Notes: a model not told the origin generated them from the letters alone. Positions 9,195 to 20,076 are shown, counted from the stretch's first letter. The stretch: 64,000 nt of DNA from Candidatus Latescibacterota bacterium (GCA_965217865.1 CBDCJO010000002.1:672001-736000); one strand, 5' to 3'. A program made the numbers and translations.

Positions 9195-9391
9195 GAGGCA
9201 CAACGCTTACGGATGAGTTGAAGCTCTTGGTTGATCCATTCGGTCTTGATATCGATGACATCGATATGGTTATGATGAATGCAATCAATTCCAGTTTTCT
9301 CGGTGACTTGGACAAAGATGAATTAATGATGAAGTTTCGCAGCGCAAGTGAGTCTATTAAGAGGGATCTAAGGCTATCGCCCAAGTTGTGA
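9195..9391 (+). pseudogene. C-terminal fragment of an adenosine deaminase-like protein
   Basis: TTLTDE.......FGL...DI..V.MNAINSSFL matches the end of ADA proteins; no upstream part is present. Confidence 0.55.
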
Positions 9392-9522
9392 GTCGCTATA
9401 ATCACGTTGAAGCAGATTCATCAACTTAAGAGCACACGTCATGGATGCGCTTGGTCAATACACTCGACTTCCGCTAACAACGAAGTAGCCGCTGGATTGA
9501 ATTTCTAAAAGGAGACCATCCA

Positions 9523-10299
9523 GTGCGGAAACGACCAACCAACTTCAATACCGAGTTGGCAAGGAAGCAATGGGACTATGCGGCTGAAGCGTTCGCCGAA
9601 TTGCAGGCATCAGGAAATGACTACTACCGAACGGGTTTCTTTGGTCCGGCGCAAATCGACCTGTGCGGCGATGTGTCGGGTTTGGCTGTTCTCGACATAG
9701 GATGCGGGGCCGGGTACTTTTCGCGTGAGCTGTCGAAACGAGGAGCAGTCGTAACGGCGATCGATCTGTCAGGTGAGATGATCAGGTTCGCCCAAAGCCA
9801 GTCCACAGACAATATTAGATATCAGGTTCTCGACGCAGCGGACATTGCGGGGTCGTTCGCGCCGGAATACTTTGATCTGGTTACTGCTTGTGTTTCCCTT
9901 CAGGACATGCCGGATCCATCAGCCGTGATGCGGAGCGTTCACACGGTATTGAAAAGTGGATCCAGATTCGTTTTTTGTAATACCCATCCGTGTACCGACC
10001 CACCATATCGTAAATGGGCTAAGGATGAAGAAGGGAGGAAAACAGCTCTGGAGATCGCTAAGTACTTTGATCGTGGACCGATCGAATTCGAATGGAAAAG
10101 GCCTCAGCAAAAGTATGGTTGGATCTCTACCGGTGTACATGCACCACTGTCGGACTGGATCAAGTGGACTACGGCTGCAGGATTTATGATCACACAGATC
10201 GAAGAGCCTATGCCTAATGTGGAAGCCGTATCACGGTGGCCGGAACTCGAAGACGCTCGGATTGTTCCTTACTTTATTATATTCGACGTTACAAAATAA
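9523..10299 (+). CDS. Class I SAM-dependent methyltransferase
   Basis: VLDIGCGAGYFSR, AIDLSGEMI, FDLV, SLQDMPD and THPC; RBS aaggag. Confidence 0.9.
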   Translation: MRKRPTNFNTELARKQWDYAAEAFAELQASGNDYYRTGFFGPAQIDLCGDVSGLAVLDIGCGAGYFSRELSKRGAVVTAIDLSGEMIRFAQSQSTDNIRYQVLDAADIAGSFAPEYFDLVTACVSLQDMPDPSAVMRSVHTVLKSGSRFVFCNTHPCTDPPYRKWAKDEEGRKTALEIAKYFDRGPIEFEWKRPQQKYGWISTGVHAPLSDWIKWTTAAGFMITQIEEPMPNVEAVSRWPELEDARIVPYFIIFDVTK

Positions 10300-10323
10300 C
10301 AACGATGAGGCTTCGGCCGCGGT

Positions 10324-10899
10324 ATGGCTCAGGAATTTACTTTACCGGTTGAAACGAAACGATTAATCTTGCGGGATTTTGTCAAAAGGGATTGGGAACC
10401 CGTATTTGAGTTATATCGACTTCCAGAGACTTCCCATTTTGAAAGTTGGGATCCGATTGATGATAGAAAAAGGATAAAGGATCAAATTGTCCAAACCTGG
10501 ATAAGTAATCAGAGCAAGGTTCCCCGAACAGATTTTACCTTGGCTGTGGATCTTAAAGGGAAGGACCGTTTTATCGGCGTATGTGGTGTTGAAATTGATA
10601 CTGATACATCAGCCGGATCGGGAATTGGTGAGGTAGGATTTCGGTTTTTTCCGGATATTTGGGGGCAGGGTTATGCAACAGAAGCACTTAAGGGATTGAT
10701 AAGCTTTTCATTCGACGAATTAGGGTTGCATCGCATTTGGGCAGGTTGTGTAAAAGAGAATGTCGCTTCGGCCCGGGTTTTGGAAAAGGCTGGAATGCGA
10801 CTGGAAGGATGCACACGAAAAAGTTACATGATTGACGGAAGTTGGCACGATTCCTTACTTTACGGAATTCTCAGAACAGATGATGTTGGAGAAAACTGA
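10324..10899 (+). CDS. GNAT N-acetyltransferase (RimJ/RimL family)
   Basis: ETKRLILRDF, EVGF, WGQGYATEA, LGLHRI and NVASARVLEKAGMRLEG. Confidence 0.92.
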   Translation: MAQEFTLPVETKRLILRDFVKRDWEPVFELYRLPETSHFESWDPIDDRKRIKDQIVQTWISNQSKVPRTDFTLAVDLKGKDRFIGVCGVEIDTDTSAGSGIGEVGFRFFPDIWGQGYATEALKGLISFSFDELGLHRIWAGCVKENVASARVLEKAGMRLEGCTRKSYMIDGSWHDSLLYGILRTDDVGEN

Positions 10900-11010
10900 A
10901 ATTCGGCCGTCGAAGATTCACGGTTTGGGAGTCTTTGCTGCCAAGGAGATCACCGGGGGTGAAGCAATCCACAAAATTGATGACTCACGTGTAGTAGACG
11001 ACCAACATCG
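10880..11010 (+). pseudogene. SET-domain protein N-terminal fragment
   Basis: EIRPSKIHGLGVFAAKEI..GE.I is the bacterial SET N-terminal motif; similarity ends after ~43 aa. Confidence 0.7.
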
Positions 11011-11126
11011 ACGCGCTTCAAGGAAATTGAGGAAACTCCCTACAAGCCCGACCTCCTGCAATCGTGGCATCCCTCATGAGGCGGCCCGTCCCAGGGCCGC
11101 CTTTTAATGTCCGACCAGAATTCGAC

Positions 11127-11414
11127 ATGGAAACCATCACCGGAGATCACTTGATTGCAGAGTGGAAGAGGGAAGAGTGCCAACCCTTTCTTGGTTGGGA
11201 CTTTTCCTACCTCGAAGGCCGGTGTAAATTTCAAACTCCATCCTGGTCCTATGATAAAGTAGCTAGAGGTCTTATCGTGGATTCTCACGCCTTGTTGGAT
11301 CTCGGGACAGGGGGTGGTGAAAGGCTCGCCGAATTCAAGGATATCCTACCGGCCCGGACGACGGCAACGGAGGGGCATTTACCCAATGTCCGGCTGGCAC
11401 AAGAAAGGCTATAG
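11127..11414 (+). pseudogene. SAM-dependent methyltransferase, 3'-truncated
   Basis: W..EE..PF.GWDFSYL.GR, LLDLGTGGGE.L and ATEG..PNV.LA..RL; the frame ends at the junction with the opposite-strand gene. Confidence 0.8.
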
Positions 11415-12469
11415 GGGCTGAATCCACAGCTAGACGTCAATATGATGTGCTCCAGGGACACGTATTCCGTGACGCTCTTGAGCCTGCGAAACATCGCATC
11501 GAGTGTCTCCAGTGTGTAGTCGCTGGAATCGATAATTCCGAATAATAGTCGGGCTTCAGGTGGAAAATGTCTGAACGCCTCCAAATCCTCCGCTGTATCG
11601 TTGATCGCTAGACTGAACTGGTCACACCTCAGTCTCTCTATGATCCTTTGAAGAAAGCCGGCTTCTCGCCACGGAATACTTTTGTGATCAATCGCTCTGC
11701 AAATATGTACGGCTGAGGCCGCTGATCGCACGTGAGGGAAGAGTTGATTCAAGGAACTTGTGTAGCATTCGATCTCTCTTTCCAGGTTGAGGAGTTGGCG
11801 AAGTCGGGGGTCGAGCAACATCGTGATGCGATCGTCGTCGAACTGTATCACTTCGACTCCCAGGCGCTCGCAGTCTTGAATGATGGGCTTATAGTGTTTT
11901 ACGATGTCATCCAGATACGCTTCCTGGGTAGGATAGGCATCTCGTGAAAAGACCGGATGCCAGCTTGTGCGCATAATCTCGTAAGGTGACGGCAGGGTCA
12001 GCTTGACGGGTTTTGAAGCGTGCTTTTTCATCACCCGGGTTTCTCGTTCAAAGACGCTGTTGGTAAGGTCGCCATTCTTCCGCGCTAATTTGTCTACGAT
12101 AACTGCACCATATTTGAGCCACGCGGGGTTCAACCCGTGGGCACTGGGTCGCTCCCAAACCTGGTAAGCCTGGCCCACGTGGTGGTCCCAGTAGCGTCCG
12201 TCGTCCAGCAGGGTGGGGACGTTGATGCCGGTCGGCATGTATCCATCGAAGCAATCGTAGAATACCGAGAAATAGCCCGATCGCTGGATCTCTCCGTCGT
12301 TGACGATATCCAGCAGGAGGCTTTCCTGCTTCAGGATTATCTCCCTGGCCCCCTCCTCCAGGACGGCCAAGGCCGTCGGGTTCCGATACACGTTGTCGTA
12401 GTCTCGGAACTGGTTCAGGACCTGAACGCTCCGGGGAAGGCTGCCCAGCACACTGGTTTGCAGAGTCAT
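11410..12469 (-). pseudogene. Cobalamin-independent methionine synthase II (MetE C-domain)-like protein, last helix lost
   Basis: TSVLGSLPR, DGEIQR, KLTLPSP, GVEVIQFDD, VHICR and SSCGF. After CGFSPY the ORF reads into the antisense of the methyltransferase fragment. Confidence 0.75.
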
Positions 12470-12899
12470 TGGTATATTGCCCACAGATATTGGGGCTGAG
12501 AAAGCGGATACAATATAAAGAAAGGTCGTGAACAAGGATACCCTTAAGGATACGCTCACGACCTTCTCTGAACTTTATGCCGAAGCAGTTGCTGAGGAGA
12601 AATAGGAGTTGGTGAAACTCCACATCAACTGGATTGTTCAGGCGCTGACCTTCTAACGTCAGCGTCTCTTTTTTTTTTCAGAACTATTTCCGCTCTCGAG
12701 AGGTTTTAATAGAGCCTCTTGATATTTTCTTCAGGCGTAGGATGTGATTTTTATCACACTTAAGACTGACTAACAATGCAATTTGTTGGCAATATTTACT
12801 GAAAAAATTGGTCAACCAATGGCTGGCAAACAGAATCATTGGGGAGGTCTTTATTCCATTTCTTGTAACCTTTGAGGGTTACGTGCAAAATTAATTTCC

Positions 12900-12915
12900 T
12901 GGCACGGTCCTTGCG
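12900..12915 (+). promoter_or_regulatory. Sigma-54 (-24/-12) promoter
   Basis: TGGCAC-GGTCC-TTGC matches the consensus TGGCAC-N5-TTGC, 40 bp upstream of RBS aaggagga and ATG 12955. Confidence 0.8.
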
Positions 12916-12954
12916 CATCATTAAGACCAGAATCTATCGAAGGAGGATAGCGTC

Positions 12955-13138
12955 ATGTCAGGAATTAAAATTCAACCAGGGGACAAGGTTATCTATCAGT
13001 GTCAGGACAATCTGACCTGGGGACCTTGGAGACTCCTTGACATCAATAGAGGTGTTGCAACTGTAAGTATTGGAAGTCTTTTCACGTATTCTTTACAAGC
13101 TAACCTGCTTTCAAAGGACAAAAGCGGAAAGGTACTAG
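12955..13138 (+). CDS. Small hypothetical beta-rich protein (~62 aa), 3' end hit by IS630
   Basis: Strong RBS and sigma-54 promoter. Removing the IS and one CTAG restores ...SGKVLA*. Confidence 0.65.
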
Positions 13139-14305
13139 TGTTATGTCCCAGAAATAACTTGACAAAGTAATGGATTCGTCTTATGGTTCCTTATACCCTT
13201 ATCCAAGGAGGAACCGATGAAAATGGGACGTCCATTGCAGCCATTGAACCTTAGTGATGAAGTCCGAAGTGAATTGAAGGCGATATCTGGTTCGCGGATC
13301 TTACCGCATTCTTTGGTGCGCCGTGCGAAGATCATACTGATGAGTGATATCGGACTCACGAATCTACAGATAGGCCAGAAGCTGGGACTGTCCTATGCCA
13401 CGATTGGGAAATGGCGTAATCGTTATTGTGCTCAAGGGCTGATGGGGCTTTACGACGAGATGCGTCCTGGAGGTCCACGTTCAATCTCCGACCAGAAGAT
13501 TGCCAGGCTCATTGGCAAAACCTTGAAGACAAAGCCAAGGCATGCAACTCACTGGACCTGTCGGTCCATCGGAGCTGAGACTGGGCTCTCCAAGTCCACC
13601 GTTCAGCGAGTCTGGAAAGCCTTCGGACTTCAACCTCATCGACAGAAACACTTCAGACTCTCAAACGATCCCTTCTTTGTAGAGAAGGTCAGGGACGTTG
13701 TCGGGCTCTACCTCAACCCGCCAGACAATGCTATGGTGCTCTGTGTGGACGAGAAAAGCCAGGTCCAAGCATTAGATCGAACGCAACCGATTCTGCCACT
13801 GGGTTTGGGTTACGTCGAAGGCGTAACTCACAACTACATCAGACACGGGACAACGACGCTGTTTGCTGCTCTAGAGATCGCCTCGGGAAAAGTGTTAACA
13901 CAATGTAAACCGAGACACCGTCATCAGGAATTCCTTCAATTCCTAAAGCACATCGAGGCAAACGTCCCGGAGGATCTCGATATTCACCTGGTCTTGGACA
14001 ACTATGGCACGCACAAGCACCCTAAAACCAAACAATGGCTTGCAGCCCGGCCAAGATATCAGGTCCACTATACACCCACTTACGCGTCCTGGCTAAACCA
14101 AGTCGAGATCTGGTTCAACATCATTACACAAAAGGCAATCCGCCGGGGTTCCTTTCGTAGCGTGAAAGATCTGGTCAATAACATCAAGAAATTCGCCGAT
14201 CACTACAACTCAAATTCAAAACCCTTTGTGTGGACTGCCACCGCAGAATCCATCCTCGAAAAGATTAAGCGACTATTTGAACTTATTGGCGGGACACGAC
14301 ACTAG
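13135..14305 (+). mobile_element. IS630-family insertion sequence
   Basis: Imperfect IRs ctagtgttatgtcccagaaataa / ttattggcgggacacgacactag, with CTAG at both ends. Confidence 0.92.
13217..14305 (+). CDS. IS630-family transposase
   Basis: VLCVDEKSQVQALDR, YIRHGTTTLFAAL, VLDNYGTHKHP and SWLNQVEIWF. Confidence 0.96.
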   Translation: MKMGRPLQPLNLSDEVRSELKAISGSRILPHSLVRRAKIILMSDIGLTNLQIGQKLGLSYATIGKWRNRYCAQGLMGLYDEMRPGGPRSISDQKIARLIGKTLKTKPRHATHWTCRSIGAETGLSKSTVQRVWKAFGLQPHRQKHFRLSNDPFFVEKVRDVVGLYLNPPDNAMVLCVDEKSQVQALDRTQPILPLGLGYVEGVTHNYIRHGTTTLFAALEIASGKVLTQCKPRHRHQEFLQFLKHIEANVPEDLDIHLVLDNYGTHKHPKTKQWLAARPRYQVHYTPTYASWLNQVEIWFNIITQKAIRRGSFRSVKDLVNNIKKFADHYNSNSKPFVWTATAESILEKIKRLFELIGGTRH

Positions 14306-14329
14306 CTTAAAACTATTTATGTTCTTGAT

Positions 14330-14361
14330 AAAATACCCATACCATATGGTGTGGGTATTTT
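14330..14361. terminator. Bidirectional intrinsic terminator-like hairpin
   Basis: aaaatacccatacca-ta-tggtgtgggtatttt. Confidence 0.7.
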
Positions 14362-14416
14362 CATCTCATCCAGTAGGAACGGAGGATGGCATAATCGGGG
14401 TTATGCCTTACTGATT

Positions 14417-14770
14417 ATGGCTAGCGTCGCTGTTATAGAGGATGATAATATTGTAAGAGATCTTGTCGTTCGTGCTCTTGAAACCAGGGCATATACTGTC
14501 CTGCCCTTTGAGGATGCACAACCCTTTCTGGATACAGACAATTATGAATTAGATTTAATCATTACTGATCTAAGAATGCCCACACCTGGGGAAAAGCTTA
14601 TCCAGGTTCTTAGGGAAAAGGGAATTAAAGTTCCAATCTTGGCTATGACCGGGGATCTTACCCAGGAAAGAATTGATAATTTGAGAACATTAGGAACCAC
14701 TGAAGTTATCGAGAAGCCATTTATGTTTGAAGAATTCCTGGACCTGGTTGAGAAACTGGTTTCTGCTTAA
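14417..14770 (+). CDS. Single-domain response regulator (CheY-like receiver)
   Basis: VIEDD, DLIITDLRMP, ILAMTG and IEKPF. Confidence 0.9.
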   Translation: MASVAVIEDDNIVRDLVVRALETRAYTVLPFEDAQPFLDTDNYELDLIITDLRMPTPGEKLIQVLREKGIKVPILAMTGDLTQERIDNLRTLGTTEVIEKPFMFEEFLDLVEKLVSA

Positions 14771-14840
14771 TTCACCTGGATTGGATGGATTGACAGATTC
14801 TGTTATCTATGAATGTAAAGACTGAGGAGGGGAGTCTGAA

Positions 14841-15275
14841 TTAGACCAACCGACTGCCTCTTCGCAGCCTGTAGATTCCATAGATCAAAATCCCCACACC
14901 CACAATCCACTCCGTTCCCACCGGGATCGATCGCGGTGTGGATATGACTCGAATATAATCGTCATCCAAGGCAGGGAACCCGGTCCCGATGTTATCAGTA
15001 GGTCCCGGAGGATCTCTGACGGTAAGGATATCGCCACCTGCGGCTCCAACCTTGAAGGCCTTACCTTGGGCGATACCTTTCATCTCTACGGTGATAAAGA
15101 AGAACTCCTCATTTGGTAAGGAGGAAACGAGTTCCGTGGTGCTGGGGGCGATCGTCGTAGGAGAATTGACGTTGACGGGGGTCTGTATCCCTATAATCGG
15201 GTCGTTGTCATCAAGCGTCCCATCGGTACTGCTTATCAGTTTCAACCCCACGAAATGAGCAGGACCTAGACCTAG
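14841..15275 (-). pseudogene. C-terminal fragment of a surface protein with an IPTL-CTERM-like sorting signal
   Basis: Ends SIPVGTEW-hydrophobic helix-RLRR; the 5' part is cut off at the IS1182 boundary. Confidence 0.6.
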
Positions 15276-16801
15276 CAGCCCGTTGAAGAACTACCTTTCA
15301 ACGCACATAAACGGAAAAGACGCCTGGAGTGCGGGTCGGATAAATCAAGGTAAGGAGATTGAGCAGGAGACGCTGATAAGAGGTTAAAAAGGTGACCGAG
15401 GGCAGCAAACGTGATTGTAGGACGAGCAGTAGACGCTGCAAGGCCTTGGCCAGGTCCTGGAGGGCCTTCGGAGTACCTACGCCCATCACTTTGCGCATGA
15501 GCAGAGCCAGGTTGCAGCCCCCGATGTGGATCAGCAAACGCTTGAGGATATTGCCGCGGTCTCTCAAGTGCAACCTGCGCATGCCACCGGTATCATATGT
15601 GTGAGCGATGGTTCTTTCCACCCGTTCTGCACGACTTCGGCGCAAGGCCTTGCCGCGATCTCCCTTGATCCGGCGTCGATTCGCATATACCGCGGCCTGC
15701 TCATCTCGTCGGCCGTTCCACTTGCGGCGTCCCCGATCCGGTTCTGAAATGTAACTCCGGATGCCGCCTTGCTTCAGACTGGTCAATACATCGTTGCTAT
15801 GATATCCTTTGTCCGCAACCACCTCCCGTATACGCTGTCTGTGCAAACGTTTGGCAGCTTTTTCGTCCTTCGCGACCTGCTTGAGATTGAGCTGCGCCTC
15901 GAGCAGCGTCCAGGGCAACGACTCGGTATCTCCTTCATCTGCTCCCGACAACGCCACTGCCACAATGGCATTGGTGTCCAGATCCACCGCGTGCTCCACC
16001 TTGTGCACCATGTGCGTGCGACCGTCCTTCATCTTAGCGATCTTGGCATCCGGGTCGTGCGGGTGCTCCCAGTCCTGGTTCGATCCCTTCTTCGGTCGCT
16101 TCTTATCGATCTTGGACAAGTCCTCGCGGGTAGGCGTTTCAATGCCCGAGGCCTTGGCCAGATTCTCAAGGAATGCCTGGTAGCCTTCACCCGTGTCACG
16201 GCGTACAATGCTGCGCATCGCGGCGTTGGCCTCCAGTGTCGTAGCATCCACGCCCAACGTCTTCCCCTTCACCAGACCCGCTTTGCACAAGACCCTCAGG
16301 ATCCACTTGAAAACCGCTTCGTGAACTTCCAAGGGAAGCCGATGCCGGATGCGAGACAGGCTGGAATGATCCGGGGTCTGTTCGTCAAGGGCATACCCCA
16401 AAAACCGGCGCAACGTCAGCGAGTCAGATACACGCCATTCGATCCCACGTTCCGAATCAAGTCCCTCGAAATACCCAATCAAAAGCATCCGAAAATAAAC
16501 CCCGGGCGGAATGCCCTTGCGACCCATATGAGGAGCGTAATACCGCTGGCAAAGCCCCTCGACGAACTCGTCGAAGCCGTTCGCCCCCAATACCTGATTC
16601 AGCTTCTCGTAGAACGGATGACCCGGAGATTTCACCAAAGTGTTCGATGCGATGAACAGGTTTTCCTGTCTCTGTCGTCCTCGTTTTCCCATTGCCATTT
16701 GCTCGTCCTCCCTTCTCAGTTTGAACCTGATATATCATAGGACCAAACCACAAGGAAAGACAACAGTCATCTTGGCATAAACGCACTTTTTCAACAGGCT
16801 G
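15276..16801 (-). mobile_element. IS1182-family insertion sequence (complete)
   Basis: IRs cagcccgttgaagaa (15276) and tttttcaacaggctg (16801), flanked by CTAG and CTAA. Confidence 0.88.
15298..16698 (-). CDS. IS1182/IS5-related DDE transposase (DUF772 N-terminus)
   Basis: YFRMLLIGYFEGLDSERGIEWR, PDHSSLSRIR, GVDATTLEANAA, DPDA, VADKGYHS and VER.IAH. Confidence 0.93.
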   Translation of the reverse strand: MAMGKRGRQRQENLFIASNTLVKSPGHPFYEKLNQVLGANGFDEFVEGLCQRYYAPHMGRKGIPPGVYFRMLLIGYFEGLDSERGIEWRVSDSLTLRRFLGYALDEQTPDHSSLSRIRHRLPLEVHEAVFKWILRVLCKAGLVKGKTLGVDATTLEANAAMRSIVRRDTGEGYQAFLENLAKASGIETPTREDLSKIDKKRPKKGSNQDWEHPHDPDAKIAKMKDGRTHMVHKVEHAVDLDTNAIVAVALSGADEGDTESLPWTLLEAQLNLKQVAKDEKAAKRLHRQRIREVVADKGYHSNDVLTSLKQGGIRSYISEPDRGRRKWNGRRDEQAAVYANRRRIKGDRGKALRRSRAERVERTIAHTYDTGGMRRLHLRDRGNILKRLLIHIGGCNLALLMRKVMGVGTPKALQDLAKALQRLLLVLQSRLLPSVTFLTSYQRLLLNLLTLIYPTRTPGVFSVYVR

Positions 16802-18315
16802 CTAAGTGCGCCGCTCGCCAGCATGTGCACTATTACGCTGCGCGCATCCTCCGCCAACGCGGAATCTTCCGAAACCAGATCGACAGCAACCATCGCGCGA
16901 AGCACCGCTCGCGTCTTGAGAAGTCCATTCGAAACAACCGCAAGCGGCATCCCAATGCCAATAAACTCTTCGGTTTCCGCCGGAACAATCTCTTCAATAG
17001 GTTCAATACCTCGATCAGTTCGATTCAGAGCCGTCTTATAATCGTTAGCGAATACAAAACCCTCTATTAATGAGATCGGAAAATGTTTCGAGAAAGCTAT
17101 CACTACGGAACTAATCTCTTTGGCAACGGACTTCGCAAACTCTTCATCTCCGAAGCCCTCAAAGGAAACGAAATACTGGTGTGTTTCTTCTCGGACCGTG
17201 GCTTTCCATGACTTATTTGCTGCGTAACTTTTCTCCTTAAGTCGACTTTCATTGTCCGTATCGCGCAATAAATCTCCAATTGCTTCGACTGCAGAGGTAT
17301 CTGCCAATCTTTCAAAAGACGTGCGGATCTTTCCGCCGAGTTGCTCGATCAACTCAGAGAGGCTTGTTGAATTACGGTTCGCGAGAAAAAATGAGTAAGA
17401 AGCCTTTCCCGCGTGCCGATTGTACTGAGACAAGTCCATGTCCCAATCAATGTCCGACTTGCCTACAGCCAATCGGTCTGGCGCGAGTGCCAACACCACC
17501 GCCTCCAGCTCATCGGGACCTGTGAGCAGCAGAGGCTGCCATTCACGGCCATTGAACGCGATACTGGTACAATCGGGCAAGACAGCCCCGTCACCGTGCG
17601 CCGGCAGCACTTGCCACATCAGCTTGCTCAATTCAGCTACCCGGTCCTCAGGTGCCATCGTTTTTCCGAGAACGGTTACCTGTGCGCGCCGGCTTATCTC
17701 CGGCGCCCCGGCGCGAAGCCCCTCCAACGTTCTTGCCAAGTACGGGAATACTTCATCCAGAACATCGGAACTCCTCTCTCTCATCGCAACATAAAGCAAG
17801 TCTATGATCGTTCTTTCAGTAACCGGCGTGATTTCTGTTAACCCCAGCTTGGCCAGCTCGTCCGAAATCATGCGGCAGACAGGTTCCGGCGGACCGTGCC
17901 GCGGCAATTCAAAGAAAAGGGTCTCAGATCCACCGCATATCAAGTTTTGGACAGAATTTGAGACCGAGACGATAGCTTCCCTCATGGCTCCCCGCGTATG
18001 AGAAGAGCGAACCATCAAGTGTGCTACAACTTGGGCGATCTTTGCGCCGTCAATGACTTCGCTGATCTCGATGCGCCTGATTTCATCCACCGTCCTATGC
18101 AATTGAACTTCGTATTCAGTTATCAAGTCATCGAGTGTCGGCAATCCGTCTCCGGACGGCTTGGAATAGAAATAGTTTTGTGCCGCCGCGTCGTTTCTCG
18201 CCACCCGAATTGCGGTTGATTGACCTCTTCGATACATCCAAAGATGATCTCCTCGGCCGGGAATAACGAATGATTTCAGAAAATGCCGCGGGATGAAGTG
18301 TTGCTTTTTGCCCAT
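16802..18315 (-). pseudogene. DUF4238 domain protein, C-terminus cut by IS1182
   Basis: N-terminal QHFIPRHFLKSF...AAAQNYFY; the last ~21 codons of the ORF are IS end sequence. Confidence 0.75.
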
Positions 18316-18364
18316 TATGTGCGTTCCTTCACCTACTGTCCGATCTGATCAAGCAAGTTCGCGG

Positions 18365-18495
18365 ATCCGGGGTCCGAGTAGCGCAGTCTCACCTGATTCA
18401 TTTTTTCCAACCAGGCAGGTGACATCGCCAATCTCGACCTCGGTCGAGTCCTGAATGCTCTGAAATTCCCTGACACGCGCCTTGGTAAGTTTCAT
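18365..18495 (-). pseudogene. N-terminal fragment of an OLD/ABC-type AAA ATPase
   Basis: Manual translation MKLTKARVREFQSIQDSTEVEIGDVTCLVGKNESGETALL, a decayed Walker A (GKNESGKT). Confidence 0.75.
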
Positions 18496-18578
18496 CTTCT
18501 TTCACCTCAGACAGTAGAGACCCTCCCACATTGTGAGATTCTATCTTGAACACATCAGTCCTCAGCGCCCCTAATCAG

Positions 18579-18965
18579 CTACGGGACTGACAGGCTCCCA
18601 CCTTCAGCCCCTTGATGGTAGGTTGCTGTAAAGATGGTCTCAGAAAGCCACTTATGAAATGAAGGATTGTCACTGAACTGCTTGAAGAGTTCAGTGTGGT
18701 CGGAAAGCAATTCAATCACAGCCCGTTCGAGTGCCTTGTCGTGTTCAATTGCCGATCTTGTCGGCATCATGTGGAAGACGAGTTGCTTCTCCGCGTTCGC
18801 GATTTTCAATGGCAAGATTGGCGCGCTCTTCCGCCATACGGTGGCTGCGAACAGACCGCGCACGGGGTCGGGCTCGGTGCCCTTCCTGAGGATCTTCTTG
18901 ATGACCGGAGGCGCGGTCTCCGAACGCCCGGCTTCCTCCTTGAGCGCCTTGATCTCTTTGGCAGT
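18579..18965 (-). pseudogene. Fused fragments of type I R-M subunits (HsdM-like internal piece + HsdR C-terminus)
   Basis: ETAPPVIKKI......PDPVRGLF resembles HsdM. IEHDKAL..AVIELLSDHTELFKQFSDNPSF.KWL...IF..TY is a typical HsdR C-terminus. Confidence 0.65.
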
Positions 18966-19647
18966 GCAGGCGCTCGACATTGTCGGCGTGATCCTTTTGT
19001 TCTGCTTTGGATTGCCCCCAGTCGTGCCTTCAGGGAGTCCAGGAACCCATAATACGCTGTCCAGGGCCACCTGACGAAAAAGCAGCAAAAGGCTACAACC
19101 GTTACAAGAGGATTTCATGGCTGGCTCTTGGACTCCTCGTCTCTGGCTTTGCGTTACAAATCGTCAGCACCTGGAGACCATTTGCCGTGTTCTACCGTTT
19201 CACCACGTGGCTTTTGAGGCTTTCTGGCTACATAATTGGAAGATGCAAGACAACGCTTCGGTTCCTGAAAATCAGGACGCAACACCTGGAACCTTTGAAC
19301 ACGCCTTAGTTAGGTGAGGCCGCCCTCGCTGTCGCCTTCGATTTCGTCGAGGAAAGAGTCTGCCTAAAAATCGAGCGACAGGGAATCAAGTTGGGCAGAC
19401 GAAGCAGGAAGAAAGTTCGTCTCCAGCTAGAGAAGATGCTTCGCGACAAAACACTCAGTTCTATTAAGGTGCCTGACTGGAAGTGGTGGTGTCACCAAGA
19501 GTTTACCATCCAGTTCACGGACCAAGATCAGCAGGGTCCCGCTGCTTTCACGTCGCACCTCATCGAGGTCGCTCCCAGTATTCTCAAAGATTCGCTCCCC
19601 TCGATGGGGGCTGCCGCTTTAAAGGATTTGAAGAGGGGATGGCCTAA

Positions 19648-20076
19648 CAGCCTGTTGAAAAAGTGCGTTTATGCCAAGATGACTGTTGTCTTTCCTTGTG
19701 GTTTGGTCCTATGATATATCAGGTTCAAACTGAGAAGGGAGGACGAGCAAATGGCAATGGGAAAACGAGGACGACAGAGACAGGAAAACCTGTTCATCGC
19801 ATCGAACACTTTGGTGAAATCTCCGGGTCATCCGTTCTACGAGAAGCTGAATCAGGTATTGGAGGCGAACGGGTTCGACGAGTTCGTCGAAGGGCTTTGC
19901 CAGCGGTATTACGCTCCTCATATGGGTCGCAAGGGCATTCCGCCCGGGGTTTATTTTCGGATGCTTTTGATTGGGTATTTCGAGGGACTTGATTCGGAAC
20001 GTGGGATCGAATGGCGTGTATCTGACTCGCTGACGTTGCGCCGGTTTTTGGGGTATGCCCTTGACGAACAGACCCC
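19648..20076 (+). mobile_element. Truncated second copy of the IS1182 element, inverted relative to the first
   Basis: Near-identical to the reverse complement of 16373-16801, with only a few substitutions; identity stops after gaacagacccc. Confidence 0.93.

Noticed and set aside
8610-11414. Integron cassette array (short co-oriented HAD, MTase, GNAT and SET genes)
   Set aside because: I could not identify paired RYYYAAC...GTTRRRY attC boxes between the genes, and no intI is present.
19391-19714. 107-aa ORF sharing its C-terminus with the DUF4238 ORF
   Set aside because: The shared SLLKKCVYAK...GLVL tail is simply read-through into the IS1182 left end in both cases.
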